DNA of 64,000 nucleotides from Spirochaetia bacterium (GTDB lineage Bacteria; Spirochaetota; Spirochaetia; WTKD01; G963693115): NCBI GenBank assembly GCA_965226055.1, contig CBDDCA010000006.1, positions 258,251 to 322,250 of the forward strand, read 5' to 3'. Shown piece by piece: positions 52,017 to 61,690 of this stretch (position 1 is its first letter; each line of letters starts with the position of its first letter). The notes under the pieces were generated by a model. It saw only the letters and a program-made list of their open reading frames with translations, ran no database searches and was not told where the DNA came from. The position numbers and the translations under genes were made by a program.

Positions 52017-52958
52017 CTAATCTTTCAATGGAATTGTAAACACTTGCCTTTCTCTACAACATACGAGTGAGTCGAATATATTTTTTGCTTCTTTTTCAAT
52101 TTCTCCAATATCATTTAATGTATAACGAGGGCTAAAATGCAATAATGCAGCTTGGGTAACACCTCCACTTTCTTTCACCATTTGTGCAGCTTCCACCCCT
52201 GTTAAGTGTAATTTTTCTTTTGCTGCCTCCAAGTGTTCTTGCTTAAACATTCCTTCAATAAACACTAAGTCTGAACCTGCCATTTCTTGCACAATATCGG
52301 GCGTTGGACGTGTATCGGTAACATATACAATTTTTCTTCCGCTCCGTGAAGCCCCTAATACTTGATGAGGATAGTATGTTTTTTCGTCAATGGTAATTGT
52401 TTCTCCTCGCTGTAATGTTGCCCAGTGGGGACCTCGCGGTATGTTCAGCTGCACTGCCTTTTCTACATCAAATCGGCCTGGCCTCTCATGTTCAATAAAA
52501 GAAAAACCCCATACTTTACGGGTATGTTTTCCGAGAAATGTTTTGATATGAAATTCATTTTTTTTGTGACAATATACTACAGACTGATTATCCAGTTCTT
52601 CTAAAATAACATACTCTATATCAAAGTTAATGTACATACCAAGACTACGCCTTGTAGCTTCAATAAACTCTCTCACTGCTGCAGGACATACAATAGTAAG
52701 AGGAATATCACGCCCTACCTGTGAAGAGAGCATCAACAGACCAGGCAATCCCGTAACATGATCAGCATGAGAATGACTAATACATACTACATTGATTTTT
52801 TTCCAGCTTACAGAAGCCTTACGTAAACTCAACTGCAAGCCTTCACCACAATCAAACAATATCTCATCAGATCCACGTCTCAGCAATACAGACGACAAAT
52901 GCCTTCGAGGAAGAGGCAGAGACCCACTTGTTCCCATTACAATAGCTTCGAGAATCAT
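52017..52958 (-). CDS. rnz: Ribonuclease Z (short form, metallo-beta-lactamase fold)
   Basis: GTSGSLPLPRRHLSSVLL, FDCGEG and the SHSHADHVTG His motif. Confidence 0.8.
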   Translation of the reverse strand: MILEAIVMGTSGSLPLPRRHLSSVLLRRGSDEILFDCGEGLQLSLRKASVSWKKINVVCISHSHADHVTGLPGLLMLSSQVGRDIPLTIVCPAAVREFIEATRRSLGMYINFDIEYVILEELDNQSVVYCHKKNEFHIKTFLGKHTRKVWGFSFIEHERPGRFDVEKAVQLNIPRGPHWATLQRGETITIDEKTYYPHQVLGASRSGRKIVYVTDTRPTPDIVQEMAGSDLVFIEGMFKQEHLEAAKEKLHLTGVEAAQMVKESGGVTQAALLHFSPRYTLNDIGEIEKEAKNIFDSLVCCRERQVFTIPLKD

Positions 52959-52974
52959 ATATATGTAACTATGA

Positions 52975-54195
52975 CTATACTTCTACTTCTTTTGAATAGT
53001 CTACAGAGTCCCACATAAAACCATGAATAGTATAAAATTCCTTGCGAAATCCATGTATGTCTGTTTTTTCTTCAAGGTTAGTTTCATCTATTTGATTCCA
53101 AATATCCGCTACTTTCTTCTGAATATCGTCTCGCATTTCCCAATCATCCATACGAATACGCTGATGTTCATCAGTACGAATACCTACATTAGTCGCATGC
53201 TCACTTCCGTATATTCTTTCACTAAAGAGTCTCCCCATTTGTTCTATGCATCCTTCATGAATGCCTTCTTCTTTCATCACCTTATATAATATAGCAAGAT
53301 ACAAGGGAACGACAGGAATGACACTACTAGCTCGCGTTACTAACGCTTTATTTACCGAAACATATGCTCGACCGAGTCCTGCTGACTGCATTGCAGTATC
53401 AAGCTCATGTGCAGTAGCTTCTAAATCTTCTTTTGCTTTGCCTATTGTTCCGCTTCTATATAGCTCCTTTGTTAGTTCAGGACCGATATATGAAAACGCA
53501 ATATTGAAGGAATTTTCAGCCAATACCCCAGCTTTCATCAATGCCTCTGTCCATAGCTTCCAATCTTCTCCTCCCATCACTTTCACAGTGTGAGCAATCT
53601 CTTCCTCACTTGCAGGAGCAACATCAATATCATATAAAGAAGAATCAACTATATTGATTGACTTTCCTACAAAATTGTTTCCTATCGGTTTTAATACCGA
53701 ATTATATACTTCCCCTGTAGTAGGATCAATACGCTTTGGTGAAGCAAGGCTATAAATAACAAGATCTATCTTTCCCATTTCTTGCTGTATTACATCAATA
53801 CACTGCTGTTTTATTTCATTACTAAATGCGTCACCATAAATGGAGTTACACCAGAGCCCTGCTTGTTTTGCTTCCGCTTCAAAGGCATGCGTGTTATACC
53901 AGCCTACAGTAGCAGTTCGCTTTTTTGCAGGATTAGCAGGAGCTTCAAAGGCAACACTCAGTGTCTTTGCTCCATATCCAAATGCAGCAACAATACGCGA
54001 GGCTAAGCCATATCCTGCAGATCCTCCAAGAATCAGTACATTTTTCGGAGCATTACTGCTCTTATCTTGAATACTTTGTATGTGTTTTTTGACATACTCA
54101 ATTTGTGATTGCACTAATTTTGTACACCCAGTTGGATGTGCATTTATACAGACATTTTTCATTATTTTTGGTGATACTATCATACTTTCTGCCAT
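52975..54195 (-). CDS. fabV: trans-2-enoyl-CoA/ACP reductase (TER/FabV)
   Basis: Matches the Treponema denticola TER sequence as recalled from memory over its full length (NAHPTGC, NVLILGGSAGYGLASRI, YSYIGPE, GTIGKAKEDLEATAH, SVNKALVTRAS). Confidence 0.9.
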   Translation of the reverse strand: MAESMIVSPKIMKNVCINAHPTGCTKLVQSQIEYVKKHIQSIQDKSSNAPKNVLILGGSAGYGLASRIVAAFGYGAKTLSVAFEAPANPAKKRTATVGWYNTHAFEAEAKQAGLWCNSIYGDAFSNEIKQQCIDVIQQEMGKIDLVIYSLASPKRIDPTTGEVYNSVLKPIGNNFVGKSINIVDSSLYDIDVAPASEEEIAHTVKVMGGEDWKLWTEALMKAGVLAENSFNIAFSYIGPELTKELYRSGTIGKAKEDLEATAHELDTAMQSAGLGRAYVSVNKALVTRASSVIPVVPLYLAILYKVMKEEGIHEGCIEQMGRLFSERIYGSEHATNVGIRTDEHQRIRMDDWEMRDDIQKKVADIWNQIDETNLEEKTDIHGFRKEFYTIHGFMWDSVDYSKEVEV

Positions 54196-54282
54196 ACTTA
54201 CTCCTATTGATTAAAATATATTACATGGTATTTTACATTATATTAAAACAATGGTATTGTTGCAGTAACTTATTATTGGGGA

Positions 54283-54700
54283 TCACGAGTTCAAGGATTA
54301 AATGCGACAAAGGAGCAAAAAAAGTAAGAAAAATAAAACAAAGCATATTTTTATTAGCTACTACATATAGTGTATATTTAGTATATAATTTTCAATTTAA
54401 GCACTAGAGAAATTTGCTTTATTTTTATATTAATGTTATACTAAATGCAGAATAATAAGAGAACAATAACATTATGAGTGTACAAGTAAAAACTGATACA
54501 AAAGAAACTACTTTAATTTTAAATAATACCGATAAGGAAAATTTGGAAAGATGTTTCTCGGAATGGAAATTCAAAGATTATCAAAGTCTTATGAGGTTCG
54601 TATCATCTATTTTAATTGAGAGCGAAGATAAAATAACAATAGGCATTAAGAAAAGTGGAGTGCTAAAAGAATTTTCACCAGCAGACCATTTAGTAAACGA
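54283..54700 (+). repeat. IS30-IRL-led ~400-bp module, copy B
   Basis: About 97% identical to 26866-27265. Lies immediately upstream of the intact IS30-family element. Confidence 0.7.
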
Positions 54701-54731
54701 TGTCAGAACCTCAGAACAACCAAAAAAGTAG
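54474..54731 (+). CDS. Small hypothetical protein (85 aa), paralog of 27048-27281
   Basis: Same N-terminal 72 aa as the copy A ORF, with a divergent C-terminus. Confidence 0.5.
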   Translation: MSVQVKTDTKETTLILNNTDKENLERCFSEWKFKDYQSLMRFVSSILIESEDKITIGIKKSGVLKEFSPADHLVNDVRTSEQPKK

Positions 54732-54785
54732 TGATAATTATATCACCGATCAACAGTTAAAGGAATTTAATTATGTCACCGATCA

Positions 54786-55866
54786 CGAGTTCAAGGATTA
54801 AATGCGACAAAGGAGCAAAAAAAGTAAGAAAAAATAAAAAAAGGAGACACTCTATAATTGTATAAACGAAACAAATTAGGAGGTCTCCTTTATGAGTATA
54901 CCAAAAAACTCATTTCGTCATCTGACAGAGAAAGATCGTACTATTATCGCTACGCTCCGTCATGCAAAGTACAGTGTCAATGCTATAGCCAAACGCCTCA
55001 GTGTCCATCGCAGCACTGTCTATCGTGAAATACAACGCAATGGGGGCAAACGTGTCTATAATGAAGTCATTGCTCACAGACGGGCAAGAAAACGATGGGA
55101 ACAGAGTCATACAAAACACTCTGTTCTTTCTCATACTATTCGTACCTATATCGTTTTTCACCTTATTTTCGATGGCTGGTCGCCCGAACAAATAGCAGGA
55201 AGGCTCAGTATTGATATGCCTCAGTATGCTATCAGTCATGAGACGATATATCACTTTATTTACCGTTTCGCTCCTCATTTGACACAGTATCTGCGAAAAC
55301 AGCACCAAACACGCAAAAAAAGAACCATATCTCACTCTTTTTCTGTTTCTCGTATCCCTCATCGTGTCTCAGTACACGAACGAGGCGATGTTTCTAATGA
55401 ATATGGCCACTGGGAAGTAGATCTTGTTGGCTCTTCTTCAAAAGCTACTGTGCTTGCTTTAGTGGAAAAACATACCCGTTATGTTCTTTTTCATAAGATA
55501 CCTGACAAAACTGCTCATACCGTACAGTATGGCATGCTCTTTGCTCTAAGGAACATACCACGCCATTTATGTAACAGTTTCACTTATGATAATGGGAGTG
55601 AATTTATGCTCCATACTGAAATAAATACACGCTTGAATGCTCGTTCTTATTTTTGTACTCCTTACTGTGCTTGGGAAAAAGGATTAGTCGAACATTCTAT
55701 TGGATTATTACGTCAGTACTTTCCTAAGAAGACTTTGTTTCATAGAGTCAAGCAAAGTGATATACTACAAGTACAAACGCTTATCAATCATAGACCACGA
55801 AAATGTCTTCATTTTTTGACCCCTGCTGAAGCCTTTTCTGTCGCATTTAGTCCTTGAATCCGCACT
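54786..55866 (+). mobile_element. Intact IS30-family insertion sequence
   Basis: Terminal inverted repeats are ..cacgagttcaaggattaaatgcgaca.. on the left and its imperfect reverse complement tgtcgcatttagtccttgaatccgc at 55840-55866. They flank a full IS30-type transposase gene. Confidence 0.8.
54892..55857 (+). CDS. IS30-family transposase
   Basis: N-terminal HTH, then a C-terminal DDE core (HWEVDLVG...TYDNGSEF...YFCTPYCAWEKGLVEHSIGLLRQYFPK...INHRPRKCL). Confidence 0.85.
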   Translation: MSIPKNSFRHLTEKDRTIIATLRHAKYSVNAIAKRLSVHRSTVYREIQRNGGKRVYNEVIAHRRARKRWEQSHTKHSVLSHTIRTYIVFHLIFDGWSPEQIAGRLSIDMPQYAISHETIYHFIYRFAPHLTQYLRKQHQTRKKRTISHSFSVSRIPHRVSVHERGDVSNEYGHWEVDLVGSSSKATVLALVEKHTRYVLFHKIPDKTAHTVQYGMLFALRNIPRHLCNSFTYDNGSEFMLHTEINTRLNARSYFCTPYCAWEKGLVEHSIGLLRQYFPKKTLFHRVKQSDILQVQTLINHRPRKCLHFLTPAEAFSVAFSP

Positions 55867-56137
55867 TAGTACAGAAAATAATAAGGAAATGATAATTACT
55901 CTTATGGCTGATAAATTTGAAATTGCTAAAGACGCAATGACTTATCGTCTGGGATTACAAAATAAATAGCTTTTTTATGATAGCCTAAAAAACTCTCTGT
56001 AATTGCCCATCATAGCAATACTACAAAAATTTTAATTTTTTACTATAATACTAGTGTATGATGATAACATACAATAATGAAACAAAAGGAGTATTTCTAT
56101 GAATGAAAATAGAGAGCTACAAAGTATGAAAAAAATC

Positions 56138-56152
56138 GGGGGGGGGGGGGGG
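56138..56152 (+). repeat. Homopolymeric G15 in the 5' coding leader of the large lipoprotein gene
   Basis: Counted directly. It sits between the ATGs at 56099/56126 (RBS aaggag at 56086-56091) and the long ORF that starts at 56191, which is in another frame. Confidence 0.9.
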
Positions 56153-56190
56153 TACACTCTCGATATAAGCAAAACCTAACTATACTAGTA

Positions 56191-59100
56191 GTGCTAGCAA
56201 TGACTACCCTCGTACTTGTAGGATGTGCAGAGAGTAGCAACAATTCCTCATCAGGCGGAGGGGGAAAACAGGTAACCCCGACACTCGCATCAGTGTCCAA
56301 TGTGCAGATACAAGCAGCAAGCAACGATGGGACGCTCTCGTTACGCTGGCAAGCTCCCAGCGAAGCCACGCATGTAGTAGTAAAAGCTACATCAACTGCG
56401 CCAGCACAATCTATACAGGTGCGTGTTCCTGCAATAGAATATCGTGCATTGTTTCAACAAAACAGACCCTACACCCTCAGAGGCTTGCATGCCACTACCG
56501 ATTATACAGTAGAGATAGAAGCACAAAAATCAGACTCAGAAGTATCACCAAAAACAACACGCTCTGTGACAACACTGATCGATGAAACTGCACCACAGGA
56601 CACTTTTACACGGGTAGCAGTAGAGAAAGCACAAAACGATAGTATAAAGCTAACATGGGACAAAGCACTGCTATCGTCAGGCAAGACAGACATAGCCGAA
56701 GCCACAATACAGGTGATAGAAAGAACTACTAATGTAAGGGCAGAAGTATCAGTACAAGATGTAACACAAGGAGAGGTGAGCATTGCTGTCCCCACTATAG
56801 ACGGCATAAGCTATGATATAGTAGTAGTATACAAAGATAGCAACGGTAACGAAAGCACAGCAAAGCAAGCACTCAGAGGCATAGTGCCATCAGCACTCTC
56901 ACAAACAGTAACGCCACTTTCCGCATCAGACCTTACAGTAACAGCAAACGATAAAAGCAATAGCCCAGCCGATGAAAGCCTGCTTATTATGTGGGATGAT
57001 AAAGATGACAGCTTTGACTTTTCAAACAAAAGCCTCCAAGTACGCGTTATAGCAACCGCAACAAATACAGTAGTAGCAGAGGAGACAATAGACAAAGATA
57101 CAAGTGCAACAAATGTCAGCGGAGCAAGTGCAGACAACCAAGAGTACGCCACTGTGTATGTAGCAAAAGATGGCATAGCACTCACAAAACTCTATGGCAC
57201 GCTTACCTACAAAGTAGAAGTGTATGTTTCTCAAAACGGAAAGTACTCCACTGCAGTGTCAAAAGAACAAGCAACAACAGACAAAAGCACAGAGCCTGTA
57301 AGCAATGTAAGTGCCGTAGGAGGAGCAACAAGCATAGTAGTAGGCTGGCAAGCCCCCGATGTACGAGATTATGCAGGAGTGACTATAACAGTAACAGAAA
57401 AGGACAGCACAACAGCAGCAAAGACAGTGACAATAACAGAGAGAACAGTACGCAACACACAGATAACAGACCTCAAAGCAACCACCGAGTATACAGTGGC
57501 AGTCGTATCAATGGACAGTGCAGGCAACAAAGGAACAGAAGCAACAGCCACAGTCAGCACATCAGCAGATAGCACCGCCCCCGATGCAGTAACAAGCATA
57601 CAAGCAAGCTATCCTTTTGTATCAGCAGCAAAGATAGGCACACAGATAACATGGACAGCACCCGATGCAGCAAAAGCAAAGAACAAAGACATAAAAGAAT
57701 ACAGCGTAAGCATAGCAGAAAAAGGCACAAGCACCACAGTACTGAGCGAGAAGAAAATACCCTATCCCACAAAGTCACTCTCTGTAGAAGAACTTGTGCA
57801 AGGCAAAACATATACCATAACAATACTCACGCTTGATTACTCAGAAAACAAAAGTAGCCAAGCCACAAAAGACATAACAACCCCCAACTCACTCACAGCT
57901 CCCTCAGAAGATCTCTTTCAAAGCAAGCCTACCCTTGACAAAACAGGAGCTATACAGATAAAAGCAACTTTTAAGAATGCTCCAAGCATAGGACGATACT
58001 ACACCTTGCGTATGAAAGAGGGAGCTACCTTAATAGCAGAAAAAAGCATAACAAACACAGCAATCACCATTAGCTTTGGGATAGCAGATGGCTTAGAAGT
58101 ACCTAAGAGCCAAGCAAATGCCAAGAATTATCGCTTTGATTTTCTGCAAATAGCAAATAACAGAGTAAGTCCAGTAACCGCACTGAGTGATGCAGTAGCA
58201 GTATACGATAGCACCTCGACAGCACCGCCCGCTCCCAAAGATGCAAAGCTCTCCGTAGAGTCAGTAACCCAAACAACTGCAAAAGCAGTCTATACATTTA
58301 GTGCAGGAGACATTACTGATACCAACAAAGCACCCAGCGGAAGCAAACTCACACAGGCACAAATACAATACAAAGTATACATAGCAGCAGGAGACCACAG
58401 CACAAAAACACTAGACGAAATAAAAGCCCTTGCAGGAGTACAAACAAGAGAGCTAGCAGGAAACAGCACTCCATTAAAAGCAACATTTATAGGAACGAAA
58501 GGAGCAGACTATACCGCAGGGGTAGAAGCAATAAACAGCCTCAATCCATCATATAGTACAGGAGCATCAGTAACAATAAAGAAAGCAACACTTACTGCTC
58601 CCCCAAGCACACCAAAAGTAACAACCTACACTAACAGTAATGCAGTGGTATTTGCAGTGCCTACCACAGGAAGTAACAGCGGGAAAAAAGTCATAACAGT
58701 ACAACTCAATGCCTCAGACATAGCAGGAGTGAGCAAGGCAAATGGCAATGCCCTTGAAGCGACAGACCTTGCCTACTATGTGCTATACCTCAAGAAAGAA
58801 GATAGCACAGGAAAGCCTGCCAGCGTATCAGCACTATGGGCAACAGAAAAGAGCAGTACAAGAGTGGCAAAATACACAAAAGCAACAGGAACAACTCAAG
58901 ACACAATATCCATAGCAATAGTAGACAGCACCAGTGGAAGCAATGCAGGAGCCACACCCATAGAAACAGCAAAAGACTACTACATAGGAGTAAGGATAGT
59001 CAACACAACATCCCCCAATTACGATGCAACAAATAGCGACAAGCTCTTTCCTGCAGGCTTTTACACCGATGTAACAGAAATAAAGGAAATCTATACTTCC

Positions 59101-60906
59101 AAAGCAGTAGCACCCAGCCAGTCATTACTCACAGGAAAGCTGGTAGTATCACAGTCAACAAATACTACAGGCACAATAAAGCTGGTACTTACCGAGCTAA
59201 ATACATTTACAGGAGCAAAAGACTACGATGGCACAAACATAACAGCAAATGACAAGCTAGTATACACAGTGTATGGCTTACAGAAAGACACCACTCCTAC
59301 AGTAGCAGAAGTACTTGCAGGCAGAAAAGTAAACCTAGGCAGTGCAAGTAGCGGAGTGTACACAGTACCAGCTCTTGCCAGTTTAGGCTTATCTTCAGAC
59401 ACAGCACCAGTAGTAGCAATAAAAGGAGCGACAAAGTATTACTTTGTGGTAGAGGTAGCAATAAAAACAGACCCTAGCAAGAAAGTAGCATCCTCAACAG
59501 TAGCAAGCGTAACAACCGCATCGCAGGCGACCGCCCCCGCAGAAGTAAGCAGTATACAGACAAGAGTAGCCCAGACAGGCATGAGAGTATCGTGGACAGC
59601 CCCCAGCCTCAGTGCAAGCCACAAAGCAAATACAGGCGATGCCCTAACAGTAGCACAAGTATCGTACAAGGTATACAAAGTAGCTAAGGGAGGCAGTGCA
59701 AAAAGTGTAGCAGCAATAAAACAAGCAGACTCAAGTCCTACAACAGTAGCAGCAGGAACAACAAACACTACCCTGACAGGATTGACAAACGGAACGACCT
59801 ACGAAATAGTAGTGCAAGCAGTAAACAGCACCGATGATACAAAAGCATCCACTGGACTACGCCACGAGTTTGAAGCAAGAGGAATAGCTATAGGAAACAC
59901 TAGCATAGTCTCAGCAGAAGTAGGCAAAACGCCAGCAATAAATATTACAAGAGTACTTACCAGTAACTCTGCCTTTACCTGTGATGCAAACATACTAGAG
60001 GCAGATGCAAAGAAGATAAAACAAGAAACAGGGCTAGCAGTATCGTTTGATCAGAGTAGCAAAACAGTTACTATAACAGGCATAGCAAATAAGTCTAATA
60101 TACGAGATACAGCCATTACTGAGTATAACTATGCTGTAGCACAGTGTACAATAACCGCTTCAAAGAAAAAAGTGCCAGCCACCATCGTGATACAGACAGA
60201 GCTAAGAACAGCACCATCAGGAAAAGCAGAAGCCTATTACAGACCAACAACAAAGGCACAGCTTCAAACTATTATCAGTGAAGAAAAGACAAGGCAAGGT
60301 TCAGGAGGAAACAGTAACCCTAGCCCCAACCTCAACATGATAGACACCAGTGCTATTACTGATATGAGCCAATTATTTCAGAATGATACTACTTTTAATG
60401 GAGATCTAACACAGTGGAATACCAGTAATGTAACGAGAATGAATGGTATGTTTACTGATGCAAGTGTTTTTAATCAAAATATAGGAGATTGGGATACAGG
60501 AGAAGTTATACATATAGGTAGTATGTTTTTTAGAGCAAGTGTTTTTAATCAAAATATAGGAAGCTGGAATATAAGTAAAGTTAAAAATATTGATAGTATG
60601 TTTGCTAGTGCCAGTGCTTTTAATCAAGACATAGGAAATTGGGACACAAGCAATGTTATTAATATGAGTACTACATTTTTGAGTGCAAGTGCCTTTAATC
60701 AAGACATAGGAAACTGGAATGTAAAGAATGTCGATTCTATAACTGGTATGTTTAACGGAGCTTCTACATTTGATCAAGATTTATCATCATGGATATTGTG
60801 TAAAGCAAGTCTCACTTTTTTGGAGTTCGAAAATTCGGCTATGGATGGAAAAACAGCAAAGTACCCGACAGTAAAGCGTCAAAGTGATCCAGCATGTACA
60901 TCGTAA
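56191..60906 (+). CDS. Large chimeric surface lipoprotein (1571 aa) with multiple FN3-like modules and a C-terminal DUF285-repeat domain
   Basis: Lipobox LVGC at residues 9-12 of the ORF-track frame. One FN3-like module near the C-terminus is close to the modules of ORF 1791-4043, and the last ~200 aa are DUF285 repeats like those of ORF 10605-19073. The annotated GTG start lacks a proper signal n-region. The likely start is ATG 56099 or 56126, upstream of the G tract and out of frame as sequenced. Confidence 0.8.
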   Translation: MLAMTTLVLVGCAESSNNSSSGGGGKQVTPTLASVSNVQIQAASNDGTLSLRWQAPSEATHVVVKATSTAPAQSIQVRVPAIEYRALFQQNRPYTLRGLHATTDYTVEIEAQKSDSEVSPKTTRSVTTLIDETAPQDTFTRVAVEKAQNDSIKLTWDKALLSSGKTDIAEATIQVIERTTNVRAEVSVQDVTQGEVSIAVPTIDGISYDIVVVYKDSNGNESTAKQALRGIVPSALSQTVTPLSASDLTVTANDKSNSPADESLLIMWDDKDDSFDFSNKSLQVRVIATATNTVVAEETIDKDTSATNVSGASADNQEYATVYVAKDGIALTKLYGTLTYKVEVYVSQNGKYSTAVSKEQATTDKSTEPVSNVSAVGGATSIVVGWQAPDVRDYAGVTITVTEKDSTTAAKTVTITERTVRNTQITDLKATTEYTVAVVSMDSAGNKGTEATATVSTSADSTAPDAVTSIQASYPFVSAAKIGTQITWTAPDAAKAKNKDIKEYSVSIAEKGTSTTVLSEKKIPYPTKSLSVEELVQGKTYTITILTLDYSENKSSQATKDITTPNSLTAPSEDLFQSKPTLDKTGAIQIKATFKNAPSIGRYYTLRMKEGATLIAEKSITNTAITISFGIADGLEVPKSQANAKNYRFDFLQIANNRVSPVTALSDAVAVYDSTSTAPPAPKDAKLSVESVTQTTAKAVYTFSAGDITDTNKAPSGSKLTQAQIQYKVYIAAGDHSTKTLDEIKALAGVQTRELAGNSTPLKATFIGTKGADYTAGVEAINSLNPSYSTGASVTIKKATLTAPPSTPKVTTYTNSNAVVFAVPTTGSNSGKKVITVQLNASDIAGVSKANGNALEATDLAYYVLYLKKEDSTGKPASVSALWATEKSSTRVAKYTKATGTTQDTISIAIVDSTSGSNAGATPIETAKDYYIGVRIVNTTSPNYDATNSDKLFPAGFYTDVTEIKEIYTSKAVAPSQSLLTGKLVVSQSTNTTGTIKLVLTELNTFTGAKDYDGTNITANDKLVYTVYGLQKDTTPTVAEVLAGRKVNLGSASSGVYTVPALASLGLSSDTAPVVAIKGATKYYFVVEVAIKTDPSKKVASSTVASVTTASQATAPAEVSSIQTRVAQTGMRVSWTAPSLSASHKANTGDALTVAQVSYKVYKVAKGGSAKSVAAIKQADSSPTTVAAGTTNTTLTGLTNGTTYEIVVQAVNSTDDTKASTGLRHEFEARGIAIGNTSIVSAEVGKTPAINITRVLTSNSAFTCDANILEADAKKIKQETGLAVSFDQSSKTVTITGIANKSNIRDTAITEYNYAVAQCTITASKKKVPATIVIQTELRTAPSGKAEAYYRPTTKAQLQTIISEEKTRQGSGGNSNPSPNLNMIDTSAITDMSQLFQNDTTFNGDLTQWNTSNVTRMNGMFTDASVFNQNIGDWDTGEVIHIGSMFFRASVFNQNIGSWNISKVKNIDSMFASASAFNQDIGNWDTSNVINMSTTFLSASAFNQDIGNWNVKNVDSITGMFNGASTFDQDLSSWILCKASLTFLEFENSAMDGKTAKYPTVKRQSDPACTS

Positions 60907-60927
60907 CATAGAGAGAGATACATACTT

Positions 60928-60960
60928 ATGGCAAGAAAGGAAATACTCTTTTCTTGCCAT
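60928..60960 (+). terminator. Hairpin (11-bp perfect stem, atggcaagaaa/tttcttgccat) just downstream of the lipoprotein stop codon
   Basis: Visible inverted repeat. There is no U-rich tail, so function as an intrinsic terminator is uncertain. Confidence 0.3.
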
Positions 60961-61084
60961 AAGAGTATAAAATTCATAAAAACAAGCATCATCAATTTCT
61001 CCATACATGAAATTATAGACAATAATAAGGAATTATATGGTATACTAAAAAATATACACTGCAATTAGTTTATACCTATTATTT

Positions 61085-61657
61085 ATGCAACAGAAAGCAT
61101 CTGCCACAGACACACAAGAACTACAGGACATTATCTCAGCATTAGATAACGAACAATATAGAAATAGCTTTGGTCGTATAGTACGTAATCTTGAAGACAT
61201 TAAAACATACACAAAAAAACTATATCTCAAAAATATGCTACAGATAGCACTTTCACAAAACTATACATGCATAGATGAAGAAACATTTGCTCTTGCAGAA
61301 ACACAAGAACACGATACACTGTCTTTAGCAATACGTTCTGGATCAGAATGTGGTGGCGTATACTATGCCCTGTTTCTAAAAAGCAAAAACTATACTCTCC
61401 CTGCATATCTTACACTAAAATCTTTCTGTGATACGACTATTCCTCGTATTATTGGCTGTCATAGTCCCGAACAAATACCTTTCTTTTGGAATTACTTTAA
61501 TCCCGCCATTAACTTTCTGTTCTTCTCCGATAACAACACTCTCTCCCTTCTTCATACACAATCACGACAAAAAATAGTTACGCAGCACTGGAAACAGTTA
61601 CATCAGTTCTTACACACTATTACCGATGAAGTAAAGAAACATTTCACTCTATTGTAA
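61085..61657 (+). CDS. Hypothetical protein (190 aa)
   Basis: Long ORF with no recognisable motif. Confidence 0.4.
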   Translation: MQQKASATDTQELQDIISALDNEQYRNSFGRIVRNLEDIKTYTKKLYLKNMLQIALSQNYTCIDEETFALAETQEHDTLSLAIRSGSECGGVYYALFLKSKNYTLPAYLTLKSFCDTTIPRIIGCHSPEQIPFFWNYFNPAINFLFFSDNNTLSLLHTQSRQKIVTQHWKQLHQFLHTITDEVKKHFTLL

Positions 61658-61690
61658 GATTGTAAGCATAGCCTCTTATTATTCCTCATA

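Noticed and set aside
54910-55362. 150-aa minus-strand ORF inside the IS30 transposase gene
   Set aside because: Antisense shadow. The + strand encodes a full-length IS30-family transposase.
56097-56369. 90-aa minus-strand ORF spanning the G15/C15 tract (PPPPDEELL...)
   Set aside because: It reads the homopolymer as poly-Pro on the wrong strand. The + strand has the RBS, ATGs and a lipoprotein signal peptide. It is therefore spurious.
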